Assembly (NCBI GenBank): GCA_031385005.1
Contig: JANNBB010000064.1
Location: 17,459-81,458 of the forward strand
Source: Bacteroidota bacterium
GTDB taxonomy: Bacteria; Bacteroidota; Bacteroidia; AKYH767-A; 2013-40CM-41-45
Length of the DNA stretch: 64,000 bases
Direction: 5' to 3'
Shown in pieces: positions 35,908 to 46,315 of the stretch. The position numbers were made by a program, and so were the translations under genes. The notes under the pieces are model-generated. The model was not told the origin of the DNA, did not search any database, and saw only the letters and a program-made list of their open reading frames with translations. Position 1 is the first letter of the stretch, and every line of letters starts with the position of its first letter.

Positions 35908-37332
35908 ATGGTTTTTAGCAGTATTATTTTCCTTCTTTATTTTTTACCGGCATTTTTAATTACCTATTATTTTTCACCTGCTAAACTGAAAAATATTGTC
36001 ATACTTATCTTCAGTATATTTTTTTACAGTTGGGGAGCACCCAAATTCATTTTTGTAATTCTTGGAACCACATTGCTGGACTTCCATCTGGTAAAATGGA
36101 TGGATATGTCAATAACGAGGTTAAAGCGAAGAATTTTACTGACACTTTCTGTTTCCGTTAATTTAGGACTACTTATTTATTTTAAGTACTCTAATTTTTT
36201 TATTGAAAACTTTAATGCAATTCTTCATACGGTTGGTTTCGCGGAGGTTTCATGGGTCAAGTTAATTTTACCAATTGGGATTTCATTTTACACATTCGAA
36301 ACAATTACATATGTAGTTGATGTATATCGAAAGGTTCACAAGCCACTTACGAAATTCTGGGATTATCAACTCTATATTATTTTATTTCCAAAGCTGATTG
36401 CAGGGCCAATTATCAGGTACCATGATTTGGCCGATCAGATAACAGATCGTTCTGCAAATGAAAACGCAGATAACAGATTAATGGGCTTCTATAGATTTGT
36501 TATTGGGCTAGCTAAAAAAGTTTTAATAGCGAATCACATGGGCTTACAGGCCGATTCCATTTTTTATTATGATTTCAATAGTCTGGATACCTATACAGCC
36601 TGGATTGGAATATTAGCATATACATTTCAGATTTATTTTGATTTTTCAGGATATTCTGATATGGCGATTGGAATTGGTAAAATGATCGGATTTAAATTTC
36701 CTGAAAACTTTAATAACCCATATATATCAGGAAGTATTACTGAATTTTGGCGAAGATGGCATATATCATTAGGTGCCTGGATGCGAAATTATTTGTATAT
36801 TCCTTTAGGAGGAAACAGGGTACAGTCGAAAGGGCGATTGTATTTTAATTTATGGCTGGTTTTTCTCGCTTCAGGTTTGTGGCACGGTGCCTCCTGGAAC
36901 TTTGTGATATGGGGCGCTTACCATGGACTGTTTCTTGTGTTGGAAAGAAGTATTTTACTCAGGTTCTATGAAAAAACCGGAAAATTATTCAGTACAATAA
37001 CAACATTTTTTGTTGTAGTAATCGGCTGGGTTTTTTTTCGAATTGAAAATTTTCAAGATGCAATTTTATACATTAATAAAATGTTTTCTTTCAATCTAGT
37101 GAAGGCTATAAATCTTGATCGTGAATTTGTAGTTTTCTTTATTCTAGCAATTGTATTCTCCTTCTTTACTTATTCAAATACCGGAAAGAAAATACACGAC
37201 ACTGTATTTCTTTCAACCAAATTAAACTCAAAACACATTTTATTTTCAATAGTTGCATTTACTTTATTGATTTTATCGATAAGCTCAATCACCTCATTTG
37301 GATTTAACCCGTTTATTTATTTCAGATTCTAA
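35908..37332 (+). CDS. MBOAT family O-acyltransferase (AlgI/DltB-like)
   Basis: LPIGISFYTF, IAGPIIRY, YFDFSGYSDMAIG, ENFNNPY, FWRRWHISL, GLWHGASWNF and NPFIYFRF. Confidence 0.95.
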   Translation: MVFSSIIFLLYFLPAFLITYYFSPAKLKNIVILIFSIFFYSWGAPKFIFVILGTTLLDFHLVKWMDMSITRLKRRILLTLSVSVNLGLLIYFKYSNFFIENFNAILHTVGFAEVSWVKLILPIGISFYTFETITYVVDVYRKVHKPLTKFWDYQLYIILFPKLIAGPIIRYHDLADQITDRSANENADNRLMGFYRFVIGLAKKVLIANHMGLQADSIFYYDFNSLDTYTAWIGILAYTFQIYFDFSGYSDMAIGIGKMIGFKFPENFNNPYISGSITEFWRRWHISLGAWMRNYLYIPLGGNRVQSKGRLYFNLWLVFLASGLWHGASWNFVIWGAYHGLFLVLERSILLRFYEKTGKLFSTITTFFVVVIGWVFFRIENFQDAILYINKMFSFNLVKAINLDREFVVFFILAIVFSFFTYSNTGKKIHDTVFLSTKLNSKHILFSIVAFTLLILSISSITSFGFNPFIYFRF

Positions 37333-37333
37333 A

Positions 37334-38635
37334 ATGAAAAAAAATATTTCAGGAATTATATTTGTGTTTTGTATATTAATATTGATAATTCCATTTCTTC
37401 ATGAAAAAACTAAAATAATCAAAGTCAAACCTCTCAAGGGCGCCATCGTTGCCAAGAAAAAACCCGAGTTCGAATTCAAAAAATGGATGGATGGAGAATT
37501 TCAACCCGCTGAAGAAGAATATGTAAATGAAAATTTTGGATTTAGAAATATTTTTGTCAGACTAAACAATCAGTTGTCATTCTGGTTGTTTAATAAAGTG
37601 AACGTTAGCGATGTAATTATTGGTAAAGAAAATTATCTGTTTGAGCGAATGTATATTGATGCATATAAGGGAGCAGATTTTATTGGAGAAGATAGCATCA
37701 GGAGTAGGATGGAAAAACTTAAATTTATTAATGATACATTAACCAAATTAAATAAGAGCCTTATCCTGGTCTTTGCAGCGGACAAAGCTACTTTTTACCC
37801 TGAATATATACCCGAAAAGTATAATATTAATATTCCCGGAAAGAAGCTAAATTTCGATTATCACGTAATGTTTGCAAAAGAACAGGAACTTAATTATATT
37901 AATTTTAACAAATACTTTAGCTCAATTAAAAATTCTATAAAATATCCATTATATCCGAAATACGGTATTCATTGGAGCAATTACGGAATGTATATTGCTG
38001 CAGATTCGATCATCCATTATATCGAAAAATTGAGACAAGAGGACTTGCCGGAAATGCAGCTGGATACTATACTATGGGAAAAGCCAAAAGGAGATGATTA
38101 CGATGTCGCTGATGCGATGAATCTCTTATTTGTTTTGAAAAGTTTTCCTATGGCCTATCCAATTATTCATTTTGAGTCAACCGATAAAAATAAAAAACCG
38201 AACTTATTGGTAATTTCCGATAGTTTTTATTGGGGTTTATTTAATATGGGGTTTTCAAATGGATTTGAAAAAAGTAATTTTTGGTATTATAACAATCAGG
38301 TATTCCCCGAATCCTATAGCCAGCCAACTTCTGTAAAAGATTTAAATCTTAACAATGAAATTAAAAATCACGACGTATTCATCATTTTAGGCTCAGAAGG
38401 TACAATGTATAATTTTGGATGGGGATTTATTGAAAATGCTTATACATTGTTCAAGGGCGTAAACATTGACCAGGTAGATAATAGGCTATTCGAGAAAGAG
38501 GTAAAAGATAAAATGGATTATATCAAAACAGATAAAAAATGGATGGAACAAGTAGAGCACAAGGCTAAAGAATATAAGATAAGCGTCGATTCAATGTTAA
38601 GAAAGGATGCAATGTGGGTAATAGAAAATAAGTAA
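37334..38635 (+). CDS. AlgJ/AlgX-like SGNH O-acetyltransferase, paralog 2
   Basis: Start MKKNISG preferred; GKENYLFE, GIHWS and VISDSFYWG. Confidence 0.75.
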   Translation: MKKNISGIIFVFCILILIIPFLHEKTKIIKVKPLKGAIVAKKKPEFEFKKWMDGEFQPAEEEYVNENFGFRNIFVRLNNQLSFWLFNKVNVSDVIIGKENYLFERMYIDAYKGADFIGEDSIRSRMEKLKFINDTLTKLNKSLILVFAADKATFYPEYIPEKYNINIPGKKLNFDYHVMFAKEQELNYINFNKYFSSIKNSIKYPLYPKYGIHWSNYGMYIAADSIIHYIEKLRQEDLPEMQLDTILWEKPKGDDYDVADAMNLLFVLKSFPMAYPIIHFESTDKNKKPNLLVISDSFYWGLFNMGFSNGFEKSNFWYYNNQVFPESYSQPTSVKDLNLNNEIKNHDVFIILGSEGTMYNFGWGFIENAYTLFKGVNIDQVDNRLFEKEVKDKMDYIKTDKKWMEQVEHKAKEYKISVDSMLRKDAMWVIENK

Positions 38636-38844
38636 ATAAGTAAATAAGAAAGATAGGATTGCAAATACAATTATTCAGTGCGTCCCAATTTAATCAACAA
38701 CAACTTTAAAACATACAAGGTGTTTTTTTAAAACACAAATTAAAAAAAATTTTGAATCAAAGAGAAATCACCTACTACAATGAACCTGTGTAGAACCATA
38801 TCAACAAGAAATAATAACTTTGATTTGAAATATTAAATGCAGAA

Positions 38845-40638
38845 ATGACCGATAAAATTTGTTATAATAGAATAATTATCCATTTTATCGGGTTTTTATT
38901 TTTTCTTATTCTTACCTATTTATCGCTATTTTTTTTCAAAGAGAGAATTTTACAAAACGACAATGTTTATTATGCATTTAGATTAATTCAAGATGGTAGA
39001 TTTGAAATTGAACACGGGAGAAGGGTAAATGTGTTAACGCAACTATTGCCTCTTTTGGCTTTGAAAATGGGGTACTCTGTAGCAACAGTGGTTAAGCTAT
39101 ATTCATTTTCATTCATTCTATTAATTTATGCCTTCTTTTTATTGATTGTTTTAGTTTTTAAAGATTATAATACCGGACTGGCTTTAATTGGATCCACTTT
39201 TCTTGTCATTCGCTATATTTTCTATTTACCGGTGGCTGAATTTTATCAAGGAATTCTGGTTTCTTTAGTGCTTTGGTCTTATTTATATAACTATAAAGGA
39301 AGACTTAGTAAAAAGTGGCTTTGGTATATTTTCCCGATTGTCTGTATTCTTGTTACTCCTTGGTTTCATTTGCTAAACTATATTACAATTGCATTTGTAC
39401 TTGTACTATTTATGTTAGCCGATAATACATCATTAAAGAAGGCGTTAATTTTATTGCTGTTTTTTTTAATTTTAGGATTTATTAATTATAAATTAATTCC
39501 CTCTGACAGTATTGAGATGAGTAAACTTCCGGCGATGAAGGATCTCTTAAAGCGACAATCACTTCTTTTTAAATCAGAAACGGGAGTTTTCATTATAAAA
39601 TTCATATGCTTCCACATCCCATTTCTTGTTACCCTTGCATTATTGGTTTTTGCAGGTTTATGGAAACGAAAATATGCTATTCTTGCATTTTCATTGTTTA
39701 GTATTGGTGCATTTATTCTTTTCGTTCTTTTTACTTTACCACCATTTGAATCACCTTTCGTGTATGAAAATTATTTATGTTGTATTGGCTTATTTGCCGG
39801 TTTGCCATTGTTTATATTGATCAAAAACGTATCCTGGAAGCTTCAATCAATCGTTGCATGCGGACTATTTCTGCTGTCTATTCAGGTAATTTACAAAGCA
39901 CATTATGCAATTACTGAACGAATAAATTACATAGGCAGACTGTGCAATTATGGAAAGAATTTTCCGGAGAAGAGGTATCTTCTTGAAACTACAAATTATC
40001 CCTGGAAAGTTGCCTGGACGACATTCTCCCTTCCATTTGAAACCCTCCTTTATCAAGCTGTTGAAGACCCGACAAATCCGATTACTTTCACAGTTACAGA
40101 CGGAATTTCGCGATTTGACTCAGTACGTAAAGACGAATCCTTTTTTCTTGCTCCTGAATGGGATATTCAAATGTTTAATCATGAACAAGGAAGGTTGAAT
40201 GAAAAATATTTTAAACTTCCCAATTTAGGATATAGGAGCTTATCTTCTTCTCAAGATGATTCAACTTTTAATGAATCTATGTTTACAAAAGAAAACTTAA
40301 AACTAACTTTACTAAGAAAATCTTTTTGTTCAGGTTCTGAGCCCTTTATTGTCGTGCCGGTAAAAATTGAAATCCGTACTCTTAACATCCTTCATTCACT
40401 TCGTGCTGAAAATAACTCAATAGCATTTGCTTATCATATTAAAAACGATAAAGGAGAAGTCATCGTCGGAGATGGAGAACGCACTCCTTTAGAAGTAGAT
40501 GTTATCAATGAATATACTCAAGGCGTTTTCGTTTGGTATCCTAAAAAAAGGGGGAAGTACATTGTAAATATTGACCTTGTTACAGAAAATAAGAGATGGT
40601 GGGGATATGATTGCGCAATTGAATTAGAAGTAAAATAA
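38845..40638 (+). CDS. Multi-pass membrane protein with soluble C-terminal domain (possible GT-C-type transferase)
   Basis: About 10 hydrophobic segments followed by a polar beta-rich region, inside the glycan locus. Confidence 0.6.
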   Translation: MTDKICYNRIIIHFIGFLFFLILTYLSLFFFKERILQNDNVYYAFRLIQDGRFEIEHGRRVNVLTQLLPLLALKMGYSVATVVKLYSFSFILLIYAFFLLIVLVFKDYNTGLALIGSTFLVIRYIFYLPVAEFYQGILVSLVLWSYLYNYKGRLSKKWLWYIFPIVCILVTPWFHLLNYITIAFVLVLFMLADNTSLKKALILLLFFLILGFINYKLIPSDSIEMSKLPAMKDLLKRQSLLFKSETGVFIIKFICFHIPFLVTLALLVFAGLWKRKYAILAFSLFSIGAFILFVLFTLPPFESPFVYENYLCCIGLFAGLPLFILIKNVSWKLQSIVACGLFLLSIQVIYKAHYAITERINYIGRLCNYGKNFPEKRYLLETTNYPWKVAWTTFSLPFETLLYQAVEDPTNPITFTVTDGISRFDSVRKDESFFLAPEWDIQMFNHEQGRLNEKYFKLPNLGYRSLSSSQDDSTFNESMFTKENLKLTLLRKSFCSGSEPFIVVPVKIEIRTLNILHSLRAENNSIAFAYHIKNDKGEVIVGDGERTPLEVDVINEYTQGVFVWYPKKRGKYIVNIDLVTENKRWWGYDCAIELEVK

Positions 40639-40696
40639 GTTCATCAGAAAATTGTGAAATTAAATTGTGCTGTACTCAAATTATAACAATCGATTT

Positions 40697-41866
40697 ATGG
40701 CGTCAAAAAAAATAAAAAATAAATTTTTACTCGATCCGAAGATTACCTACTTAAATTTCGGATCCTTTGGTGCTTGCCCAAAACCCATTTTTGAAGATTA
40801 TCAAAAGTGGCAACTCGAACTGGAAAGAGAGCCCGTACAATTCATTGCTGTGAATGGGATGGAATACCTGAAGCAATCCCGAATGGCATTGGGGAATTAC
40901 ATTAATTGTAATGCTGATGATGTTGTTTTTGTCGTTAATCCTTCCTATGCCGTAAATATTATCGCAAAAAGTTTGAAGTTAAATCCGGGTGATGAAATAC
41001 TAACCACCAATCTTGAATATGGTGCATGCGATAAAACGTGGAGCTATTATTGTAAAAATAATCAGGCAAAGTATTTCCGACAACCGATTAGTCTGCCAAT
41101 TAAATCAATAGAATCATTCGTCGATGATTTTTTCGAAGGGATAAGTCATCATACAAAAATGATTTTCATCAGCCACATTACCAGTTCAACGGCTCTGATA
41201 TTTCCGGTTAAGGAAATTTGCGAAAGAGCAAGGCAGATGCGAATAATGACATGTGTCGATGGTGCACATGCACCCGGACAAATTCCACTTAATATGCGGG
41301 AGTTGAATGCAGATATTTATATAGGGGCCTGTCATAAATGGATGATGACGCCAAAGGGTTGTTCTTTTCTTTATGTGAGAAAAGAGTTGCAGCCGCTGTT
41401 CGATCCATTGGTAGTTAGCTGGGGTTATGAAAATGAATTTCCTTCACAGTCAAAGTTTCTTGATTACCATCAGATGCAAGGAACAAGAGACTTCTCTGCT
41501 TTTTTAACTATTCCAAAGGCCATTCAATTTATGCAGGAAAATAATTGGGTTTCGGTTGCCAAAGAATGCCGGGAGTTGGTTAGAAATAATGCCATGCGTT
41601 TTTTTGATCTGCTAAAGTCCCAACCCTTATGTCCTTTTTCCGACGAATTTTTAGCTCAGATGATAAGCATTCCAATTCAAACCACAGACCCCGAGAAGTT
41701 GCAGCGACATTTGTTTGAAAACTATAAAATCGAAATTCCTGTCATGCCACATGAAGATAGGGTATTTATCCGCTATTCTATTCAGGCCTATAATACCCAA
41801 CAAGATTTGGATACGCTTTATGATGCGCTGAAAGAGATTTTAAATTCCCCGTTAATAGGGAAGTAG
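40697..41866 (+). CDS. Class V PLP-dependent aminotransferase (isopenicillin N epimerase / cysteine desulfhydrase-like)
   Basis: YLNFGSFGACP, SHITS.TA, VDGAHAPG and PLP-lysine motif GACHKWMMTPKG. Confidence 0.88.
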   Translation: MASKKIKNKFLLDPKITYLNFGSFGACPKPIFEDYQKWQLELEREPVQFIAVNGMEYLKQSRMALGNYINCNADDVVFVVNPSYAVNIIAKSLKLNPGDEILTTNLEYGACDKTWSYYCKNNQAKYFRQPISLPIKSIESFVDDFFEGISHHTKMIFISHITSSTALIFPVKEICERARQMRIMTCVDGAHAPGQIPLNMRELNADIYIGACHKWMMTPKGCSFLYVRKELQPLFDPLVVSWGYENEFPSQSKFLDYHQMQGTRDFSAFLTIPKAIQFMQENNWVSVAKECRELVRNNAMRFFDLLKSQPLCPFSDEFLAQMISIPIQTTDPEKLQRHLFENYKIEIPVMPHEDRVFIRYSIQAYNTQQDLDTLYDALKEILNSPLIGK

Positions 41867-41958
41867 ACTAATTTTTGCACCAGCGATGTCCCTTTTTCAT
41901 CTTTGCGGAAATTCTTACTACCCCCAAAGAAAAATTTTTTATTCACATCTGCAAATCC

Positions 41959-41966
41959 TACTTTTG
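41959..41966 (+). promoter_or_regulatory. -7 promoter box TACTTTTG of scoA
   Basis: TAnnTTTG 25 nt before the ATG at 41992. Confidence 0.45.
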
Positions 41967-41991
41967 AAGCAAGGAATTATAAAATTATCCT

Positions 41992-42690
41992 ATGAATAAA
42001 GTAGTAGCAAATGCCGATGAGGCGCTCAATGGTATCAAAGATAATATGACGCTCATGGTCGGTGGATTTGGTTTGTGCGGTATTCCCGAAAACCTGATCG
42101 CAGCACTTGTAAGAAGCAAGGTAATGGGACTAACATGCATTTCCAACAATGCAGGCGTAGATGATTTTGGATTAGGACTATTGCTTCAGCAAAGAATGAT
42201 TAAGAAAATGATTTCTTCCTACGTTGGCGAAAATGCAGAGTTTGAACGACAGTTACTAAGCGGAGAATTGGAAGTTGACTTAATACCCCAAGGTACTTTG
42301 GCGACGCGTTGCCTGGCAGCCGGTTACGGTATGCCTGCCATATATACCCCTGCAGGTGCGGGAACAGAAGTCGCAGAGGGAAAAGAAACCAGAAATTTCA
42401 ACGGTAAGGAATATTTATTGGAATATGCTTTCGATGCAGATTTCGCACTGGTAAAAGCATGGAAGGGCGATACGCATGGAAATTTAATTTTTCACGAAAC
42501 AGCTCGCAACTTTAATCCACTCATGGCCATGGCAGGAAAAATAACAGTCGTGGAAGTTGAAGAACTCGTCGAAGCCGGAAAACTCAATGCCAATAACATT
42601 CACACACCGGGAATTTATGTGCATCGTATTTTTGAAGGAAAAAATTATGAAAAAAGGATTGAACAGCGCACTGTACGCACGCGGGGGTAA
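41992..42690 (+). CDS. scoA: 3-oxoacid CoA-transferase subunit A
   Basis: [26 protein letters not shown] and TARNFNP. Confidence 0.95.
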   Translation: MNKVVANADEALNGIKDNMTLMVGGFGLCGIPENLIAALVRSKVMGLTCISNNAGVDDFGLGLLLQQRMIKKMISSYVGENAEFERQLLSGELEVDLIPQGTLATRCLAAGYGMPAIYTPAGAGTEVAEGKETRNFNGKEYLLEYAFDADFALVKAWKGDTHGNLIFHETARNFNPLMAMAGKITVVEVEELVEAGKLNANNIHTPGIYVHRIFEGKNYEKRIEQRTVRTRG

Positions 42691-43260
42691 TTCGTTAATT
42701 AGCTAATTCGTTGACAAGTTAAGTAGATATGTTAATAATCGATAAATAAAAAAATACCTAATATAAGAACTATAATAAATTGATTTGATAAATTAACTCT
42801 GAAAGCTAAAATTTGTATGTTTAAAACATATGAAAATGAGGAGTGAAGAAATTAAAGAAAACCTGATAGTGAGTTTAACTTTTAACTTTGCAATTTTGAT
42901 TACAAACTACTGTGAGCAACTGGATATGCTAAGGAGATACAATATTTCGAATCAATTATTTAGATCAGGTACCAGTATTGGAGCCAATGTTTGGGAAGCT
43001 CAGAATGCAGAAAGTAAAGCAGACTTTATTCATAAGTTTTAAATCGCCGCTAAGGAAATGGAGGAGACTAACTATTGGTTATTGCTTTGTAAAAACATAA
43101 ATACACTTCCAAATCCGGAACCTGTTTTAGAAGAGTTACAAAATATACAGCGTATCATCACAAAAATAATTTCAACAGCGAAGAAAAATTAGCTGATTAG
43201 CTAATTCGCTAATTAATCTTACAATTAACGAATCAGCTAATTAACGAATTAACGAATTAA
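42688..43260. mobile_element. Four-helix-bundle cassette flanked by 25-bp inverted repeats (family B), inserted between scoA and scoB
   Basis: 42688-42712 TAATTCGTTAATTAGCTAATTCGTT matches the reverse complement of 43227-43251 at 24/25 positions. Confidence 0.6.
42830..43192 (+). pseudogene. Four helix bundle protein (23S rRNA IVP family), interrupted by TAA
   Basis: QLFRSGTSIGANVWEAQNAESKADFIHKF*IAAKEMEETNYWL..., TAA at 43040-42 where Lys (AAA) is expected. The frame continues to TAG at 43190-92 (121 codons). Confidence 0.88.
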
Positions 43261-43264
43261 AAAA

Positions 43265-43924
43265 ATGCTTGACAAAAACGGAATCGCAAAAAGAATAGCA
43301 CAAGAAGTAAAAGACGGATATTACGTCAATCTTGGAATTGGAATACCTACACTGGTTGCCAATTATATTCCGCAAGGAATGAATGTGGTTTTACAATCAG
43401 AAAATGGTTTATTGGGAATGGGCCCCTTTCCTTTTGATGGCGAAGAAGACCCGGATCTCATTAATGCAGGTAAGCAAACAATAACTACCGTTCCCGGTTC
43501 GGCTTTTTTTGATTCGGCAATGAGTTTTGGAATGATACGCGCAGGAAAGGTAAACCTGACGATTCTCGGGGCAATGGAAGTAAGCGAAAATGGAGATATA
43601 GCTAATTGGAAAATTCCCGGTAAAATGGTGAAAGGTATGGGTGGCGCAATGGATCTTGTTGCATCCGCCAAACATATCATCGTCGCCATGCAACATGTGA
43701 ATAAAGCAGGAGAGTCGAAATTACTTCCTACTTGCTCACTACCACTTACTGGTAAACGATGCGTAAAAAGAATTGTAACAGAACTCGGTGTGCTGGATGT
43801 TTTACCTCAAGGCGGATTCAAATTACTTGAACTCGCACCGGGTATAAGTGTGGAACAAATCAAAAATGCAACTGCCGGAAAATTAATTATCGAAGGCGAT
43901 GTGAAGGAAATGCAGATTTCGTAA
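43265..43924 (+). CDS. scoB: 3-oxoacid CoA-transferase subunit B
   Basis: VNLGIGIPTLVAN, QSENG (catalytic Glu), ANW.IPGKMVKGMGGAMDLV. Confidence 0.95.
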   Translation: MLDKNGIAKRIAQEVKDGYYVNLGIGIPTLVANYIPQGMNVVLQSENGLLGMGPFPFDGEEDPDLINAGKQTITTVPGSAFFDSAMSFGMIRAGKVNLTILGAMEVSENGDIANWKIPGKMVKGMGGAMDLVASAKHIIVAMQHVNKAGESKLLPTCSLPLTGKRCVKRIVTELGVLDVLPQGGFKLLELAPGISVEQIKNATAGKLIIEGDVKEMQIS

Positions 43925-44018
43925 CCAAAGAAAATAACACAGTAATTTTCTTTTTTTTAGTTTTGCTTTTTTGTAAGTATTAATTGTTTGAAATATTTAT
44001 TATACCGATTGTTTCTAC

Positions 44019-46076
44019 ATGCTAATTTCAACTAAAAATATCTACTCGCATCTTCCTTTTAAGATTTTATTCGTTGCTTTATTAATAACCGGACTTTTCA
44101 TCTTTAAAAACTATGGTATGTCATGGGATGAAGAAGCGTGTCGTACTCATATAGCAATACCCACTTTTAAATATTTATTGAATAACGATTATCAGGCAAT
44201 TCAGGTTAATGAAGCAAAGTATCATGGAGCAGCTTTTGAGCTGATACTTTTTCCTATAGAAAAAATATTGGGACTAAAGGACATGAGAGATATTTTTCTC
44301 ATGCGTCACTTAATGACTTTTTTTCTTTTTGCACTTTCTGTCATTTTCTTTTATCTTCTTTGTTTCAGACACTTAAAATCACAATGGCTGGCACTTACAG
44401 GTGCGGTATTTCTTGTGTTGAGTCCAAGAATTTTTGCTGATTCTTTTTATAACGTTAAAGATGTCGCTTTTTTATCGCTGGTAATAATTGGCATTTATAC
44501 TACTCTGATTTTTCTTGAAAAAAAAACTTATAAAAGTGCAGCTATTAGTGCAATAGCTTCTGCATTTTTGATCGATTTAAGAGTCATGGGTATCATCATT
44601 CCGATTTTTACAATAGTTATGTTGGCAATTGAATTGATTCGAGACTCTGATAATCGTAAGAAGTTAGCAAAAGTTTTCGGTTTTTTCTTCTTAGCACTTA
44701 TTACTTTTACAATTCTATTTTGGCCATTATTGTGGCACGATCCAATCGGGAATTTCATTGGTGCACTCAAGGAAGCAAGTAAGTTTCCCTGGGTAGGATA
44801 TGTGCTTTATAATGGAGGAGATGTTTATGCTGCTAATCTACCTTGGCATTATATTCCTTTTTGGATACTCATTACTACGCCGGTTGTTTATTCATTGCTA
44901 TTTTTAGCGGGAGTTATTGCACTTGCAAATAATTTATTTATCAGAAAAAAAATTAATACCCCTGAAATTTTAAATGCATATATTTTTTTCGGTCCAATCG
45001 GCGCTGTAATAATTCTACATTCTGTTTTATATGATGGATGGAGACACTTGTATTACGTTTACCCTTCATTCATATTTATATCGATATGTGGACTTCAGGC
45101 AATTTTCGGACTTGTTTCAAATCTGAAACTTATCAAATCAATATATTTGGGAATTGCTATATATTGCATTTACATGATAGCTGTTATGTTTAATTTACAT
45201 CCATATCAGAATCTATACTTTAATTTTATTGCAGGAAAATCTCTTGGAGAAATTAAAAACAAGTTTGAATTGGATTATTGGTGCGTGAGCTATAAGGAAG
45301 GAATTGAACATATTCTCAAAACGGACACATCTTCTTGTATAATCGTTTATTGTACAGAACCATCGCGAGGTACGGACAACGCCAAATTACTTCCTGAAAG
45401 CGAAAGGGCACGTTTATCATTCACAGAATCTCCTGAATTGGCAGATTATTTTATTACAGGATTTCGTTACAAACGCGGACCATTCAAAGGTAAGCCCGAT
45501 TTTAATGTTATTCGTGATGGAGGAGTAGTTTTATCTGTCTACGATATAAAAAATAAAAAACTTCAATTGAATACGGGCAAATATCAGATTGCTCGTTTTT
45601 TTAATTCTTACGAGCCGGGAGTGCAATCAGTTATCACCGGTAAGGTTATTGAAATGAAAGATGCTTTTTCCGGAAGTCATGTTGAATTAGTTAATAAGGA
45701 AATTGAATATGCAAGTGGGCTGTTGTACAATCCTGCATATGAATTAACAACTGCAACAAAATCGAATAAATATATTCATGTCTCTTTTCAGATCCGAACA
45801 CCCGAAGAGTATGAATTTAAATTGGTAATTCAAATGGATTCGAAGGATAATATGCAATATCAATGGATCGGATACGACTTGCAATCGTCATTGAAAGATA
45901 AATGGGTAAAAAAGGTTTATAATTTAATTTTGCCTGATATAAATGCAACCGACGACGGAATTAAATTCTATATATGGAATCCAAATAAAAAGGAGTTTTT
46001 CATAGATGATTTGGAAGTGAGTTTTTATGCTGTTCCCGAAAACGAAATTAAGTCTGTCAAGTCCGCACTACCATAG
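44019..46076 (+). CDS. GT-C fold glycosyltransferase (ArnT/PMT-like) with C-terminal carbohydrate-binding-like domain
   Basis: GMSWDE, LSPRIFADSFYN.KD, multiple TMs, LYDGWRH.Y and ELDYW. Confidence 0.75.
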   Translation: MLISTKNIYSHLPFKILFVALLITGLFIFKNYGMSWDEEACRTHIAIPTFKYLLNNDYQAIQVNEAKYHGAAFELILFPIEKILGLKDMRDIFLMRHLMTFFLFALSVIFFYLLCFRHLKSQWLALTGAVFLVLSPRIFADSFYNVKDVAFLSLVIIGIYTTLIFLEKKTYKSAAISAIASAFLIDLRVMGIIIPIFTIVMLAIELIRDSDNRKKLAKVFGFFFLALITFTILFWPLLWHDPIGNFIGALKEASKFPWVGYVLYNGGDVYAANLPWHYIPFWILITTPVVYSLLFLAGVIALANNLFIRKKINTPEILNAYIFFGPIGAVIILHSVLYDGWRHLYYVYPSFIFISICGLQAIFGLVSNLKLIKSIYLGIAIYCIYMIAVMFNLHPYQNLYFNFIAGKSLGEIKNKFELDYWCVSYKEGIEHILKTDTSSCIIVYCTEPSRGTDNAKLLPESERARLSFTESPELADYFITGFRYKRGPFKGKPDFNVIRDGGVVLSVYDIKNKKLQLNTGKYQIARFFNSYEPGVQSVITGKVIEMKDAFSGSHVELVNKEIEYASGLLYNPAYELTTATKSNKYIHVSFQIRTPEEYEFKLVIQMDSKDNMQYQWIGYDLQSSLKDKWVKKVYNLILPDINATDDGIKFYIWNPNKKEFFIDDLEVSFYAVPENEIKSVKSALP

Positions 46077-46291
46077 ATAGTTAGGATGCGCTCGATTAGG
46101 GTATTTCAATCAATTCATTTGTGTTTTTTCATGAGAAAATCTAAACGACTGACTTTAATCAATAATTCGCCAAAACTATAAATGACTGACTTATATTTAG
46201 AGTTTGAAGAATTAATTCAAAGAAGCATCAAATGAAGCTTAATTTGCACTTTATTCTATCATTTTATTATTTTAAAGTAACAGAATGTTTT

Positions 46292-46299
46292 TAAATTTG
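46292..46299 (+). promoter_or_regulatory. -7 promoter box TAAATTTG
   Basis: TAnnTTTG 16 nt before the ATG at 46316. Confidence 0.45.
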
Positions 46300-46315
46300 C
46301 CATTCTTTAGAAGCT

